Of a stretch of 64,000 nucleotides of DNA, positions 10,228 through 19,563 are shown one piece after another. Every line of letters starts with the position of its first letter. Position 1 is the first letter of the stretch. The stretch is from a virus, in IMG/VR virus record IMGVR_UViG_3300005681_000033, positions 102,784-166,783 of that record, one strand, 5' to 3'. The position numbers and the translations under genes are program-made. The notes below the pieces were generated by a model. It saw only the letters and a list, made by a program, of their open reading frames with translations, made no database searches and was not told the DNA's origin.

Positions 10228-10250
10228 AGGCTCCGAAAGGAGCCTTTTTT
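10228..10250 (+). terminator. Intrinsic terminator
   Basis: GGCTCC-GAAA-GGAGCC followed by T6. Confidence 0.85.
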
Positions 10251-10280
10251 ATGGTAATATAACAATATGAGAGGTGCAAC

Positions 10281-10625
10281 ATGGGTAGAAAAAAACATAC
10301 CGAAAAACCTCACAATAATGAAGAAAAACTTGAAAAAGTGATTGTGCGATTAGAAAGAGATATTAATAAATTGAAATCTAGAAATAAATCTCTAGAAGAA
10401 GATTTAAAAGCCACAGCAGAATACTTGATGCAGATTTCCAGAGACAAAACTCTAGATTTTATTCAACAAGAAATTCAAGATAAAACAGAAGTTAAAACTG
10501 ACAAAGTTTGTCCACGCTGTAGCTCCACAAACATGAGAAGGGTCAATCTGGGTGTTGTGACAATCATCGCCTGTGGTGATTGTGAATATAGGAATAGAAT
10601 TAATGAGTCAGGACAAAAAACTTAA
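10281..10625 (+). CDS. Coiled-coil/zinc-ribbon protein
   Basis: CPRC...CGDC; GAGGT RBS. Confidence 0.65.
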   Translation: MGRKKHTEKPHNNEEKLEKVIVRLERDINKLKSRNKSLEEDLKATAEYLMQISRDKTLDFIQQEIQDKTEVKTDKVCPRCSSTNMRRVNLGVVTIIACGDCEYRNRINESGQKT

Positions 10626-10992
10626 ACAGCTCAAGGATCATATCGTGGGACTTGTTATGAAATTGACGGTTATTGAAAGTGATCTAAAGGCTGTTGAAGG
10701 TGATTTGGTGTTTCTAGAGTCCATGAAACTCAATATGGAAGAAAACATTAAGATTCTAAAAAAAGATGGAATTGTAACGATTGCTGCTGAATATAAAAAG
10801 ATTATGGCTGAAAAGGCCACGCTTGACAAAAACCTAACCTTTTACATTAACGTTAAAAATAAGTTATTAAGAGACCAGAGTAAGTACGAGAAGTTGAAAG
10901 ATGACTCTATGAATGAGTTTGAGCGTTTAAGTAAAAATGAAGAAAATCAACAAGTTATAGTTCAGTTTGATCCATCTAAAAGGAAAAAATGA
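10603..10992 (+). CDS. Coiled-coil hypothetical protein
   Basis: Overlap-coupled ORF with heptad pattern. Confidence 0.65.
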   Translation: MSQDKKLKQLKDHIVGLVMKLTVIESDLKAVEGDLVFLESMKLNMEENIKILKKDGIVTIAAEYKKIMAEKATLDKNLTFYINVKNKLLRDQSKYEKLKDDSMNEFERLSKNEENQQVIVQFDPSKRKK

Positions 10993-11201
10993 AGGATAAG
11001 AAAGTTTTGAAAAAGAAAATCATGGAAGACCCCGATTTTATTTATTGTCCTCGACTTGGCAATTCCTTAACAAAATTGGTCAACAAACACCCCGATGGTA
11101 TTGATGACGAAAGAATTGAAAAGGTGTTGTTGATGACAAAAAGTGAAATTGAAACAGTTTATCAATCTGCTTTGGAAAAATTACGAGATTTTGTAAAATA
11201 A
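10989..11201 (+). CDS. Small protein with sigma70 region-4-like HTH
   Basis: ERIEKVLLMTKSEIETVYQSALEKLR resembles eIa..l.vs..rV.qi...Al.KLR. Confidence 0.55.
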   Translation: MKDKKVLKKKIMEDPDFIYCPRLGNSLTKLVNKHPDGIDDERIEKVLLMTKSEIETVYQSALEKLRDFVK

Positions 11202-11202
11202 T

Positions 11203-11213
11203 TGTGGTATAAT
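11203..11213 (+). promoter_or_regulatory. Extended -10 promoter TGTGGTATAAT
   Basis: Intergenic, upstream of the exonuclease/DnaE pair. Confidence 0.75.
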
Positions 11214-11224
11214 AGAGAGAGGTC

Positions 11225-11860
11225 GTGATGCATTATTTATGGTTTGACACAGAAACAGGTGGAACTAATCCAAAAATCCACTCTTTATTAACTGCTTATT
11301 TTGCTTTGTGCGATAAAGACTTAAATGTTTTTGATGAGCTTTATTTGCAACTAAAACCTTCTGATATCACTAAAATCAATGTGGTTCAAGAGGCTATGGA
11401 TGTTAATAAAATCAATTTAGAAGAACACCTAAAAGACCCTGCAACTATTACTTATGAAGAGGGCAAGTTAAAACTTCAAGCATTTTTGAGCAGAAACAAA
11501 ATTAAGGGTAAGCGAAGGTCTTTCATGCCAGCTGGACACAACGTAGCTTTTGATAAAGAAATGTTGTGGAATCAAATGATTTCCCAAGAAGAATTTGAAA
11601 AAGACGTGCATTATCGCACAATTGATACATCTTCTATCACAACGTTTTTAAAAGATGTTGGTATTCTACCTGAGGATTTGGGCAACCTTTCTAGCTTGGT
11701 TGAGCACTATGGCGTACCTAAGCGTGAAGCTCATACTGCTAAAGATGACGTTCGAATGAATATTGATGTGTATCGCGCCATGAGAAAACAAATCCAAGCT
11801 AAAAAACAAGATATGATCGGTGGAACCACCAATTCACTTCTAGCAATCGTTGAGGGCTAA
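11225..11860 (+). CDS. dnaQ: DEDDh 3'-5' exonuclease (DNA Pol III epsilon-like)
   Basis: FDTETGG, GHNVAFD, HTAKDD; TAATG overlap with DnaE. Confidence 0.85.
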   Translation: MMHYLWFDTETGGTNPKIHSLLTAYFALCDKDLNVFDELYLQLKPSDITKINVVQEAMDVNKINLEEHLKDPATITYEEGKLKLQAFLSRNKIKGKRRSFMPAGHNVAFDKEMLWNQMISQEEFEKDVHYRTIDTSSITTFLKDVGILPEDLGNLSSLVEHYGVPKREAHTAKDDVRMNIDVYRAMRKQIQAKKQDMIGGTTNSLLAIVEG

Positions 11861-14800
11861 TGAATCATATTTCCCCAGTTAATCATCCTGAAAGTTATCT
11901 TACCGGCTCTACTGTTGAGGCAATGATCGACCGTAGTAAAGAGCTGGGTTTGAATTACTTTCCAATTACAGACCTAGGATATTTAACATCTGTACTTAAA
12001 GGCTATATCTACGGTGAAAAAGTCGGCGTGAAAGTTATCGCTGGCGTCGAGTTATTTTTTAAAGACGACGATTGTGAAATTATCAAAAACACACCATCCG
12101 AACAAATTAAGTATTTTAAAATCGTCGTTCATGCTAAGGACCAAGATGCATATCAAAAAATCGTTAAAATGTGCTCAGACACAAAGCGAAAAAGACTTTG
12201 GGTCGCTGAGAACTCTTATGGACTATTTACCTGGAAAGACCTGGAAGAATTGGCTAAATCCAACGTCACTGTCACAACTTCAAATGTGGAGTGTATGGTC
12301 TCTAAACATCTTTTGGTTGGTCGTGCTGACCTTGGTTTAAAATATTACGAAAAACTTCGCAATCTATTTGGAGCTGAAAACTTCTATCCTAGCATTGTAC
12401 CTTACAAACAGGATAAATATTGGAGTACAGTTGTTAAGGTTCAGTTGGGAGAAAAAGAAGTATTTATCCCAGCTAACGATCGCATTGAAACAGACCAGTA
12501 CGAAAAAGCTAAGGCTGTTGAATTAACTCGACGTGGTAATAAACATACAAAAGTTTTGGCTGTATTTATCGATGGTGTTCGTTTTAAAGTTAAAGAAGAG
12601 AATCAACTTATCGGAAAAGCTAAGCTTTTGAACACTTATCAGGATATTCCTGGTGGTGATATTCAAACGAAAGCCAATCAGTTTGTTATGGCTCTTGCAC
12701 ATCGATATGGTGACCAAGATCGTTTGTTGATCAACAACAATTCTTATTACGCCACAAAGGAAGATAAAGTCGTCCAAGATATGAAGCTTGGCGAGGAAAA
12801 GCGCATTTATCAATCTCAATTTATTGCCACTGTGGATGAGATTAAAGAATATCTCACTGGTGAACTTGCATTGCCTGAGACTTCCATTCAGACTATGGTA
12901 AATAATTCTCATGCATGGGCTGGATTGTTCAAAGAATTCAAGCTTAAATATGACTATCGATTGCCCACCCCTGAAGGCGACCCGCTTGAATTATTGGAAA
13001 AACAAATCGCTAAGGTTGGTCGTATGCCTTGGGATGATGAACGATACGTTAAGCAATACAAAGAAGAGCTAGAATTATTAACTGGCAATGGAGTCATCAA
13101 TCTTATTCCATACTTCTTACCCATTGTTGACGTTTACGATTATTATGAAAAAAATGGCTATTTGACAGGTCCTGGTCGAGGTTCTGCAGGTGGTTTTTTA
13201 ATTTCATATCTATTGGGGATTACTCACGTTGACCCTATTAAACTAGGATTGTCTTCACCACGTTTCTTAACTATGGACCGTGTTAAACAAGGCAATCTAC
13301 CCGATATTGACTGTGACTTAGAGTCTCGCGTACCTTTGGTGGGTAAAGACGGCTCTTCTGGCTATTTATTTGAAAAATATGGCGACAAAGCCGCTCAAGT
13401 CTCTACTAGAACCCTTTTGCGTATTAAATCAGCTATCTTGGATGCAAATCGATTCTTGAATAAGGGCGTTGTTGCTCAAGAAATCTCTGCTTTGGCCAAA
13501 AGTCTTCCTAATACCCCTCAAGGTGTGGATGATTACGAATATGTTCTAGGGTATGAGGATGACAAGGGCGAATATCACCCAGGATTATTTGATAAGAACG
13601 AAGATCTGCAAAAATACGCACAGGAACGTCCACAAGAGTGGGATATTGTTAAAAGGGCTCTATCATTAGCCCGACAGAATTCACGCCATGCGTGCGCCTA
13701 CCTTGTCGCAGATAGGCCAATTGAAGATATTATCCCTACCTTTGAAGTTGGTGGTGTGAAGCGTATCACCCAACCCACAGCCAAAGAATGCGAATATGCA
13801 GGTCTGGTCAAATACGATTTCCTTGTGATTTCATCACTTAAAGATATCAACTTGTGTTTAAAATACATTAACCAGCATCATGGTGATAAAAACATGAAAA
13901 CTGGTTATTTCATGCATAAGGGCAAAAACACCTATGTATGGGATTTACCACAGGATAAAGAAATTTACGACATGCTTTCTAGTGGAAAAACAGAAACTGT
14001 ATTCCAATTGAATTCGGCAGGTTCCACACCCACTGTCAAAAAAGTTAAACCAACCAATATCGTTGATTTGGCTACGATCACATCTTTAGAGCGTCCGGGT
14101 CCAAAAGACTTTAGAGACCCTAAAACCGGTCGAAACATGGTGGAAGAATTTATCGAACGTAAAAATGGCAGATCTGTCTCTGACATTCCTATTTTACAAG
14201 AATTGATTCCTGAAACCTATGGTATTTTGGTTTTCCAAGAACAGATCACAAAGATTGCCAAAGAACTTGGTCAAATGAACGTTGAGGATTCAGAGAACGT
14301 TCGTATCGGGATGGGTAAGAAGAAAAAGAAATTACTTGATAGTTTAGGGCCTGTATTTATTGAAGGTGCCTCGAAACGAACTGACCCAGAAACGGCTAAG
14401 AAAATCTGGTCTATGATGGAAACGTTCGCACGTTACGGATTTAATAAATCTCATGCCGTTGCATACGTTGTGGTTTCATATGCTTGTGCATTTTTTAAGT
14501 ATTATTACCCCCTTGAATGGTGGGCAGCTGTGCTTTCCAATGCCGATCAAAAGGAAATTAACGAAGTATTCTACAAATACGTAAAAGACATGGTTCTTCC
14601 ACCAGACGTTAATACTTCAAATGAAGAAATGACTGTGGATTACAATCTAGGTAAAATTCGTAACAAACTATCCATGATTTCTGGTATTGGTACTGCTGCA
14701 GCTGAGAAAATCATCTCTAGACGTCCATACAGCGACATCACAGATTTTGTTCGCAAAAAAGCGTGTGGCTACAACATGACCAAAAAGTTAATTCACGTTG

Positions 14801-15513
14801 GTGCTTTGGATTCGTTATTTGACAAAAAAGAATCTTTAATTGGTAAGATCTCAAAATATGAAAGAGCGGTTAAGCTTGTTGAGCATGAGCAAAAAATCAA
14901 AGATTACGATGCTCGCATTGCTAAATTTCAAGCTGAGGGCGACCTTAAAGGAGTCCAAAGAACTGAGAATCTTAAGGCCAAGCTGATTGCTGCCGGACCT
15001 GCTGAAGAGCATTGTGATGATTTTTATGGTTCTTTAACCTATAAGAAAAAACTAGACTTTCTTGTTAAAAAATCTATCTTTCCTAGCATGACATTGGATT
15101 TACAAAGTGTTTTGGAAAAAGACTCTAAATTACCAATCACTACAGGTGGACACCATAGTACCATTATGGATAAATGGGGTCGGGATACTATTTTAATCTC
15201 AGGTGAGCATTTACAACAGATTGATTCTACGTTTTTAACTAAAGATGCGAAGTTTTGTGTGCCTGGATATGTCTTAAAATGCGAAACCTTTAAATATGAT
15301 GGCGGCAACAAAAAAGCTCTCAAAATGATCATTGACTCATCTGGATACATCTCAGAAAAAGTTTTATGGCCCGATTACAATACAGGCCAATTAATTTATC
15401 CACCAGATCTAACAGAAGGGTGTATTGCATATTTTGTGTATCAAAAGAAGGCAGATAAGCCGTATACGAACATTTTTGAGATTATTGTGGAAGAACCTGC
15501 AATTACAGCTTGA
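11860..15513 (+). CDS. dnaE: DNA polymerase III alpha subunit (family C)
   Basis: PHP-like N-terminus, GPGRGSAGG, PDIDCD, SRHACA, KYDFL, FQEQ, YGFNKSHAVAY, PPDVN. Confidence 0.95.
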   Translation: MNHISPVNHPESYLTGSTVEAMIDRSKELGLNYFPITDLGYLTSVLKGYIYGEKVGVKVIAGVELFFKDDDCEIIKNTPSEQIKYFKIVVHAKDQDAYQKIVKMCSDTKRKRLWVAENSYGLFTWKDLEELAKSNVTVTTSNVECMVSKHLLVGRADLGLKYYEKLRNLFGAENFYPSIVPYKQDKYWSTVVKVQLGEKEVFIPANDRIETDQYEKAKAVELTRRGNKHTKVLAVFIDGVRFKVKEENQLIGKAKLLNTYQDIPGGDIQTKANQFVMALAHRYGDQDRLLINNNSYYATKEDKVVQDMKLGEEKRIYQSQFIATVDEIKEYLTGELALPETSIQTMVNNSHAWAGLFKEFKLKYDYRLPTPEGDPLELLEKQIAKVGRMPWDDERYVKQYKEELELLTGNGVINLIPYFLPIVDVYDYYEKNGYLTGPGRGSAGGFLISYLLGITHVDPIKLGLSSPRFLTMDRVKQGNLPDIDCDLESRVPLVGKDGSSGYLFEKYGDKAAQVSTRTLLRIKSAILDANRFLNKGVVAQEISALAKSLPNTPQGVDDYEYVLGYEDDKGEYHPGLFDKNEDLQKYAQERPQEWDIVKRALSLARQNSRHACAYLVADRPIEDIIPTFEVGGVKRITQPTAKECEYAGLVKYDFLVISSLKDINLCLKYINQHHGDKNMKTGYFMHKGKNTYVWDLPQDKEIYDMLSSGKTETVFQLNSAGSTPTVKKVKPTNIVDLATITSLERPGPKDFRDPKTGRNMVEEFIERKNGRSVSDIPILQELIPETYGILVFQEQITKIAKELGQMNVEDSENVRIGMGKKKKKLLDSLGPVFIEGASKRTDPETAKKIWSMMETFARYGFNKSHAVAYVVVSYACAFFKYYYPLEWWAAVLSNADQKEINEVFYKYVKDMVLPPDVNTSNEEMTVDYNLGKIRNKLSMISGIGTAAAEKIISRRPYSDITDFVRKKACGYNMTKKLIHVGALDSLFDKKESLIGKISKYERAVKLVEHEQKIKDYDARIAKFQAEGDLKGVQRTENLKAKLIAAGPAEEHCDDFYGSLTYKKKLDFLVKKSIFPSMTLDLQSVLEKDSKLPITTGGHHSTIMDKWGRDTILISGEHLQQIDSTFLTKDAKFCVPGYVLKCETFKYDGGNKKALKMIIDSSGYISEKVLWPDYNTGQLIYPPDLTEGCIAYFVYQKKADKPYTNIFEIIVEEPAITA

Positions 15514-15538
15514 CACTTTTTGTAATTTTTGTTATTCT
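15510..15538 (+). promoter_or_regulatory. Canonical sigma70 promoter
   Basis: TTGACA-17nt-TATTCT with TG extension; AGGAGG RBS downstream. Confidence 0.75.
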
Positions 15539-15557
15539 GTATTTGTTAGGAGGCATT

Positions 15558-15872
15558 ATGATGCTGACAGATTTAAACAAGTTCGATAAACAAAGATTTG
15601 ACCTTTTGGTTTTTAAAATTAAAGCTACTAAGCAAAATTACGTTCAATTTATGAATGAAAATGAACACTTACAAGGTTCTCGTTTTAACGATGACAACCG
15701 TATTGCTCGCATGATATTGGGTTATTTTTATGGTGAAGCTAAAATGGATTATGTAATAGCTAACCAAAATTTCTTATTGACTGATTCTCAAGCTATTGAA
15801 ACTTATATCAAAAAAGCAGTTTTGGAATCTGCTAGTGCAGATCACTGGTATACTAACGAGAAAGCTTGGTAA
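15558..15872 (+). CDS. Hypothetical protein
   Basis: AGGAGG RBS before ATG 15558. Confidence 0.7.
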   Translation: MMLTDLNKFDKQRFDLLVFKIKATKQNYVQFMNENEHLQGSRFNDDNRIARMILGYFYGEAKMDYVIANQNFLLTDSQAIETYIKKAVLESASADHWYTNEKAW

Positions 15873-15874
15873 TT

Positions 15875-16723
15875 ATGAAAATCATCGGGGTGGTTTTATC
15901 GATTTTTATATGTTTCATGACCGGGGTTTTTGTAATTTCAAAAAGAACTCCTCAGTCTGAACCTGAAATTAAAGTAGAATCTTCTTTGATGTTAAGAGCT
16001 GGCAAAAACACAATTAAAGTTGCAGTTATTGATACTGGTTTTGATTTTAAATCCAATTGGACAAAAGCAGGCTTTACACTCCCAAAAATCTGTGACGAAG
16101 GTCATCAGGACTTTACTGGCTACGGCACACAAGATGTTCATGGGCATGGCACACACATTGCTGGCTTAATCGGTAAGGACATCGATGATGTGGATTATTG
16201 TATTGTAGCTTTAAAATTCTATCACGATCACAATACTTTATTTTCAGAATCAAATTCGAAGCGTGCTATGAGAAAGGCAATTGAATTGGGTGTTGATGTG
16301 ATTAATTATTCTGGTGGTGGAAATGACTTTGACGCCGATGAATGCAAACTAGTAAAATATGCTCTTGACAGTGGTATTCAGGTTGTAGCTGCTGCAGGCA
16401 ATGAAAGATCCGATATTAACAAACATCCTTATTATCCAGCGATGTGTGATAAAAGAGTAATTATTGTGCAAAACGTTGATATTAAAGGGAAAAGATTGCC
16501 TTCTTCTAATTATTCGTTAAATCGTAAGGGTGAGACTCATGTTTATTCAGAGTGTGGAGACAAACGTCTATCTCTAGGCTTAAACAATGCCTTAGACCGA
16601 ATGACCGGTAGCAGCCAATCAACAGCTGTTATGACCGGCAAGGTAGTTAGAAAAATCCAAAACACTCGAAATTGGAAACAACATTATTTTAAAGCAATTC
16701 CTCAAAAAAACATGGAAGTGTGA
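15875..16723 (+). CDS. Subtilisin-family (S8) serine protease with N-terminal membrane anchor/signal
   Basis: VAVIDTG, HGHGTHIAG, AAAGNE, MTGSSQST catalytic motifs. Confidence 0.9.
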   Translation: MKIIGVVLSIFICFMTGVFVISKRTPQSEPEIKVESSLMLRAGKNTIKVAVIDTGFDFKSNWTKAGFTLPKICDEGHQDFTGYGTQDVHGHGTHIAGLIGKDIDDVDYCIVALKFYHDHNTLFSESNSKRAMRKAIELGVDVINYSGGGNDFDADECKLVKYALDSGIQVVAAAGNERSDINKHPYYPAMCDKRVIIVQNVDIKGKRLPSSNYSLNRKGETHVYSECGDKRLSLGLNNALDRMTGSSQSTAVMTGKVVRKIQNTRNWKQHYFKAIPQKNMEV

Positions 16724-16728
16724 TTTTT

Positions 16729-16739
16729 TGTGGTATTAT
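16729..16739 (+). promoter_or_regulatory. Extended -10 promoter TGTGGTATTAT
   Basis: Intergenic, upstream of AAGGAG and ATG 16768. Confidence 0.7.
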
Positions 16740-16767
16740 CACAAATGAAGATGAACAAGGAGCGTAC

Positions 16768-17538
16768 ATGAGTACTTTGAAAGAACTTGCCGAAAAGATC
16801 AAACAGCAAAAAGCGATTGCTGCTTCAGACCCAGGCAATGACCCACAAACGCGTAGGGTAAGATTGGGAAATATTACCCAAGCCAAAGAACAGCTTAAAG
16901 ATTTGCGATTATCTTATCGAAAATTGCTACTTAAAAGTGCAGCTTTTATTATTGTTACTGGAGATCAAGCTGACAAGTTTGCTAAAACTGCCGAAGAGAA
17001 GTACGATTGCTTTGCTGTAAACGCAGAGGATTTTTACAACGAAATGATCGAAAAAGTACCTGAAGTACTTTACAAAGATAAAATTTCTTCTGGAAATCTC
17101 TTTGAGCATATCGGCAACGCATTGGAAGACAAGGCTCGCGATCTAGATATCGTGAGTTATCCAGCACTTATCTTTGAATCGAAATATAAAAAACAAATTA
17201 AAGATAAAAATGAACTTTTGTCATTGACAAAGTCGGCTATTAATGAGAAAGTAGGAAGTGAGATTGTTGGAATCGACGCTATGGATAAGATTTCCGATAA
17301 AGTTTTGAATTCAGAGCTTTCAGGAAAGACCATTCCGGTAGTTCTTTACACCTCTGATACAGCAACGGTAGAAGAGTTGTCAAAAGGCTTAAAGCGTTCT
17401 CTAACAAGAAACACACATATTATTGCAACTGGCGAAGTGGACGATAAAACTAAAAACATTTCACTGGATGTAGTGGACAAAGTAACAACCAAGGCTGTTG
17501 AAAAAAGCCTTTTAAAAATTAGACAAAGTTTGGTATAA
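16768..17538 (+). CDS. Hypothetical protein
   Basis: AAGGAG RBS; possible degenerate P-loop-kinase-like fold. Confidence 0.7.
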   Translation: MSTLKELAEKIKQQKAIAASDPGNDPQTRRVRLGNITQAKEQLKDLRLSYRKLLLKSAAFIIVTGDQADKFAKTAEEKYDCFAVNAEDFYNEMIEKVPEVLYKDKISSGNLFEHIGNALEDKARDLDIVSYPALIFESKYKKQIKDKNELLSLTKSAINEKVGSEIVGIDAMDKISDKVLNSELSGKTIPVVLYTSDTATVEELSKGLKRSLTRNTHIIATGEVDDKTKNISLDVVDKVTTKAVEKSLLKIRQSLV

Positions 17539-17555
17539 CCAACAAGGAGAGAAAG

Positions 17556-18578
17556 ATGGAATTAGGTAAGGCGAAATACGGCTCAGGTAAGACCGTTTTT
17601 AAAATTCAGGACGGAGATAATGTTTATCGTATTCTTCCTCCTATGGGTAAACTTGCTAAACAAGGCAAGTGGTATGAGTACTATCGTGTTGAGTGGGGAT
17701 ACAAAAACTCCGCTGGCAAGAATCGTCCATTCCAAGACGTTCGTAAGGTAAACTATCAAAATAAAATGGTTGAGGTTGAATCAGATGCTCACCTTAGACG
17801 TGAAGCTTTAAAGGCTGAAAAAGACGCTCTTGTTAAAACTCTTCGTGCAAATCCACAAGATGCAGCTGCTTTGGCGCGTGCTAAAACAGTAACGGAAGAG
17901 CTTAAGCGTTACAATCTTGATGCTAAGTATTATCTTAATGCCATTGACCTTCAGGGTAAAATTGGATTGTTAAAGATCGGCTCTCGTGCTTTCAAGTTAT
18001 TGAAAACTCAAATTGAAGATTTGCGCAAGACTGGAGTTGACCCACTTTCAATTGAAAATGGACGGTTTTTTAACTTTAATCGATCTAATCCAACCGGCAA
18101 TTTTAACGATACAGCTTACCAAGTAACTGTATACCAAGAAAACGTGCAAATTAACGGTAAAACATACAAAGAAGACAAGGTTCATGTGATTGATCAATCT
18201 ATTATCGATCGTCTTTCTGATGAAGCCTATGAGCTTTCTGGTATGTATCCAGTGTTGACTGCAATTCAAGTTTCTCAAATCGTTAAAGAAGGTGCAACAG
18301 CTGTTGACCGCCTTCTTGGTGCAGGTAACGAGACTGCTTCAGATGATGATGGTGGAGATGATGAAGAAACAACACAATCTACACCAGTAATTGCTAGTCA
18401 GCAAGTACCTACCCAAACAATGACTACGCAACCACCAGTTGTACAACAAGCAGTTGCACAAGCGGTACCTACAACAGAAACTCTAGTGGCCACTAAAACT
18501 GAGATTCCAGCTGCACCGCCTAAGGGTGAGGTTTCCGTAGATCAATTTTTAAAATCAATTGGAGCACTTAGCTCATGA
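17556..18578 (+). CDS. Single-stranded DNA-binding protein (gp32-like)
   Basis: GDNVYRILPP motif, acidic/low-complexity C-terminus, located near recA. Confidence 0.7.
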   Translation: MELGKAKYGSGKTVFKIQDGDNVYRILPPMGKLAKQGKWYEYYRVEWGYKNSAGKNRPFQDVRKVNYQNKMVEVESDAHLRREALKAEKDALVKTLRANPQDAAALARAKTVTEELKRYNLDAKYYLNAIDLQGKIGLLKIGSRAFKLLKTQIEDLRKTGVDPLSIENGRFFNFNRSNPTGNFNDTAYQVTVYQENVQINGKTYKEDKVHVIDQSIIDRLSDEAYELSGMYPVLTAIQVSQIVKEGATAVDRLLGAGNETASDDDGGDDEETTQSTPVIASQQVPTQTMTTQPPVVQQAVAQAVPTTETLVATKTEIPAAPPKGEVSVDQFLKSIGALSS

Positions 18579-19081
18579 GTGATTCTAGCCTTCCTGTTAA
18601 ATTACAAACTGTAGAGCTGGTAGTGCCAGCTTTTCAGGACCGTCAAGCAGTTACACTGTATTTCGGTAAAATTAAAGAAGGCGAAAGTCGTTTGGTTGAG
18701 TCTCAAATTGTTAATCCGTCCACATATTCAGAATTGTCATATGCTTTTAACGAAGGATATCGTGAAGCCAGAGCCAATATTAGATCTATTGGCTTTGAAA
18801 TCGTACAAGCTGATAAAATGTATCGGAAGAAAAAATCCGAACTCATTCTCGACGAATATCCAGCGTTTTTAAAAACTGTGGATATGAAAGACAATGCAAC
18901 TCTTAGAGAGGCATTTTTAGAAAAAAATCAAGAGTTGGAAAAAATTCAAGATCGTATCGATATGCTTAAGGCAATGCATCAATTGATGGAAGATAAGATT
19001 AAAGTTTTTGAAAACGCTTGCAAATACATGAAGGTTCAAATGGACCTAATTAAAGGTAGTTTTAACTCAAACAAATATTAG
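18575..19081 (+). CDS. Putative UvsY-like recombination mediator
   Basis: Helical coiled-coil protein between SSB and RecA; call rests mainly on context. Confidence 0.4.
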   Translation: MSDSSLPVKLQTVELVVPAFQDRQAVTLYFGKIKEGESRLVESQIVNPSTYSELSYAFNEGYREARANIRSIGFEIVQADKMYRKKKSELILDEYPAFLKTVDMKDNATLREAFLEKNQELEKIQDRIDMLKAMHQLMEDKIKVFENACKYMKVQMDLIKGSFNSNKY

Positions 19082-19088
19082 AGGGTTT

Positions 19089-19319
19089 ATGCAAATTTAC
19101 GCTATTAAATTCAGAAACAAAGGTGAGAAGGTTTACACTTCTGCATTGTTCACAGCAAGAACACACCAATCTTTCTCTAAGAAACTAAAAAAGTTTCTAG
19201 GTACTGATAATGGAATGGAAGTAGATCGCAGAACCATTTCTTGGTCTGGCGGCTCTATTCCACTTGGCAGCACACAAAAACCTTTATTAATCTACACTGA
19301 TTTAGACAGTGTAACATAG
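19089..19319 (+). CDS. Hypothetical protein
   Basis: GAGGG RBS. Confidence 0.6.
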   Translation: MQIYAIKFRNKGEKVYTSALFTARTHQSFSKKLKKFLGTDNGMEVDRRTISWSGGSIPLGSTQKPLLIYTDLDSVT

Positions 19320-19327
19320 GAGATGAT

Positions 19328-19555
19328 ATGAACGGTAAAAAAGCTAAAGAAATTCGTAGAATGGCAAAAGAAGCAGGACACTTTGACACAAAACCAGAGT
19401 ATCGAGCTAAAATTACTAAGAAAATGGCATACTATATCAACGATAAAGGCGTGCCACAAGCTCAAGAAGTTCAACGCCAAACAATCATTAATGTTAACAA
19501 AATCATTTATCGTCGAATGAAACAAGCTTACAAAAACGGCGAATTAGCTGTTTAA
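19328..19555 (+). CDS. Small basic hypothetical protein
   Basis: GGAG RBS; MNGKKAKEIRR start. Confidence 0.65.
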   Translation: MNGKKAKEIRRMAKEAGHFDTKPEYRAKITKKMAYYINDKGVPQAQEVQRQTIINVNKIIYRRMKQAYKNGELAV

Positions 19556-19563
19556 GGTGATTT

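Noticed and set aside
16768-17538. Nucleotide kinase call
   Set aside because: FIIVTG start is suggestive but no GK(S/T) Walker A is present
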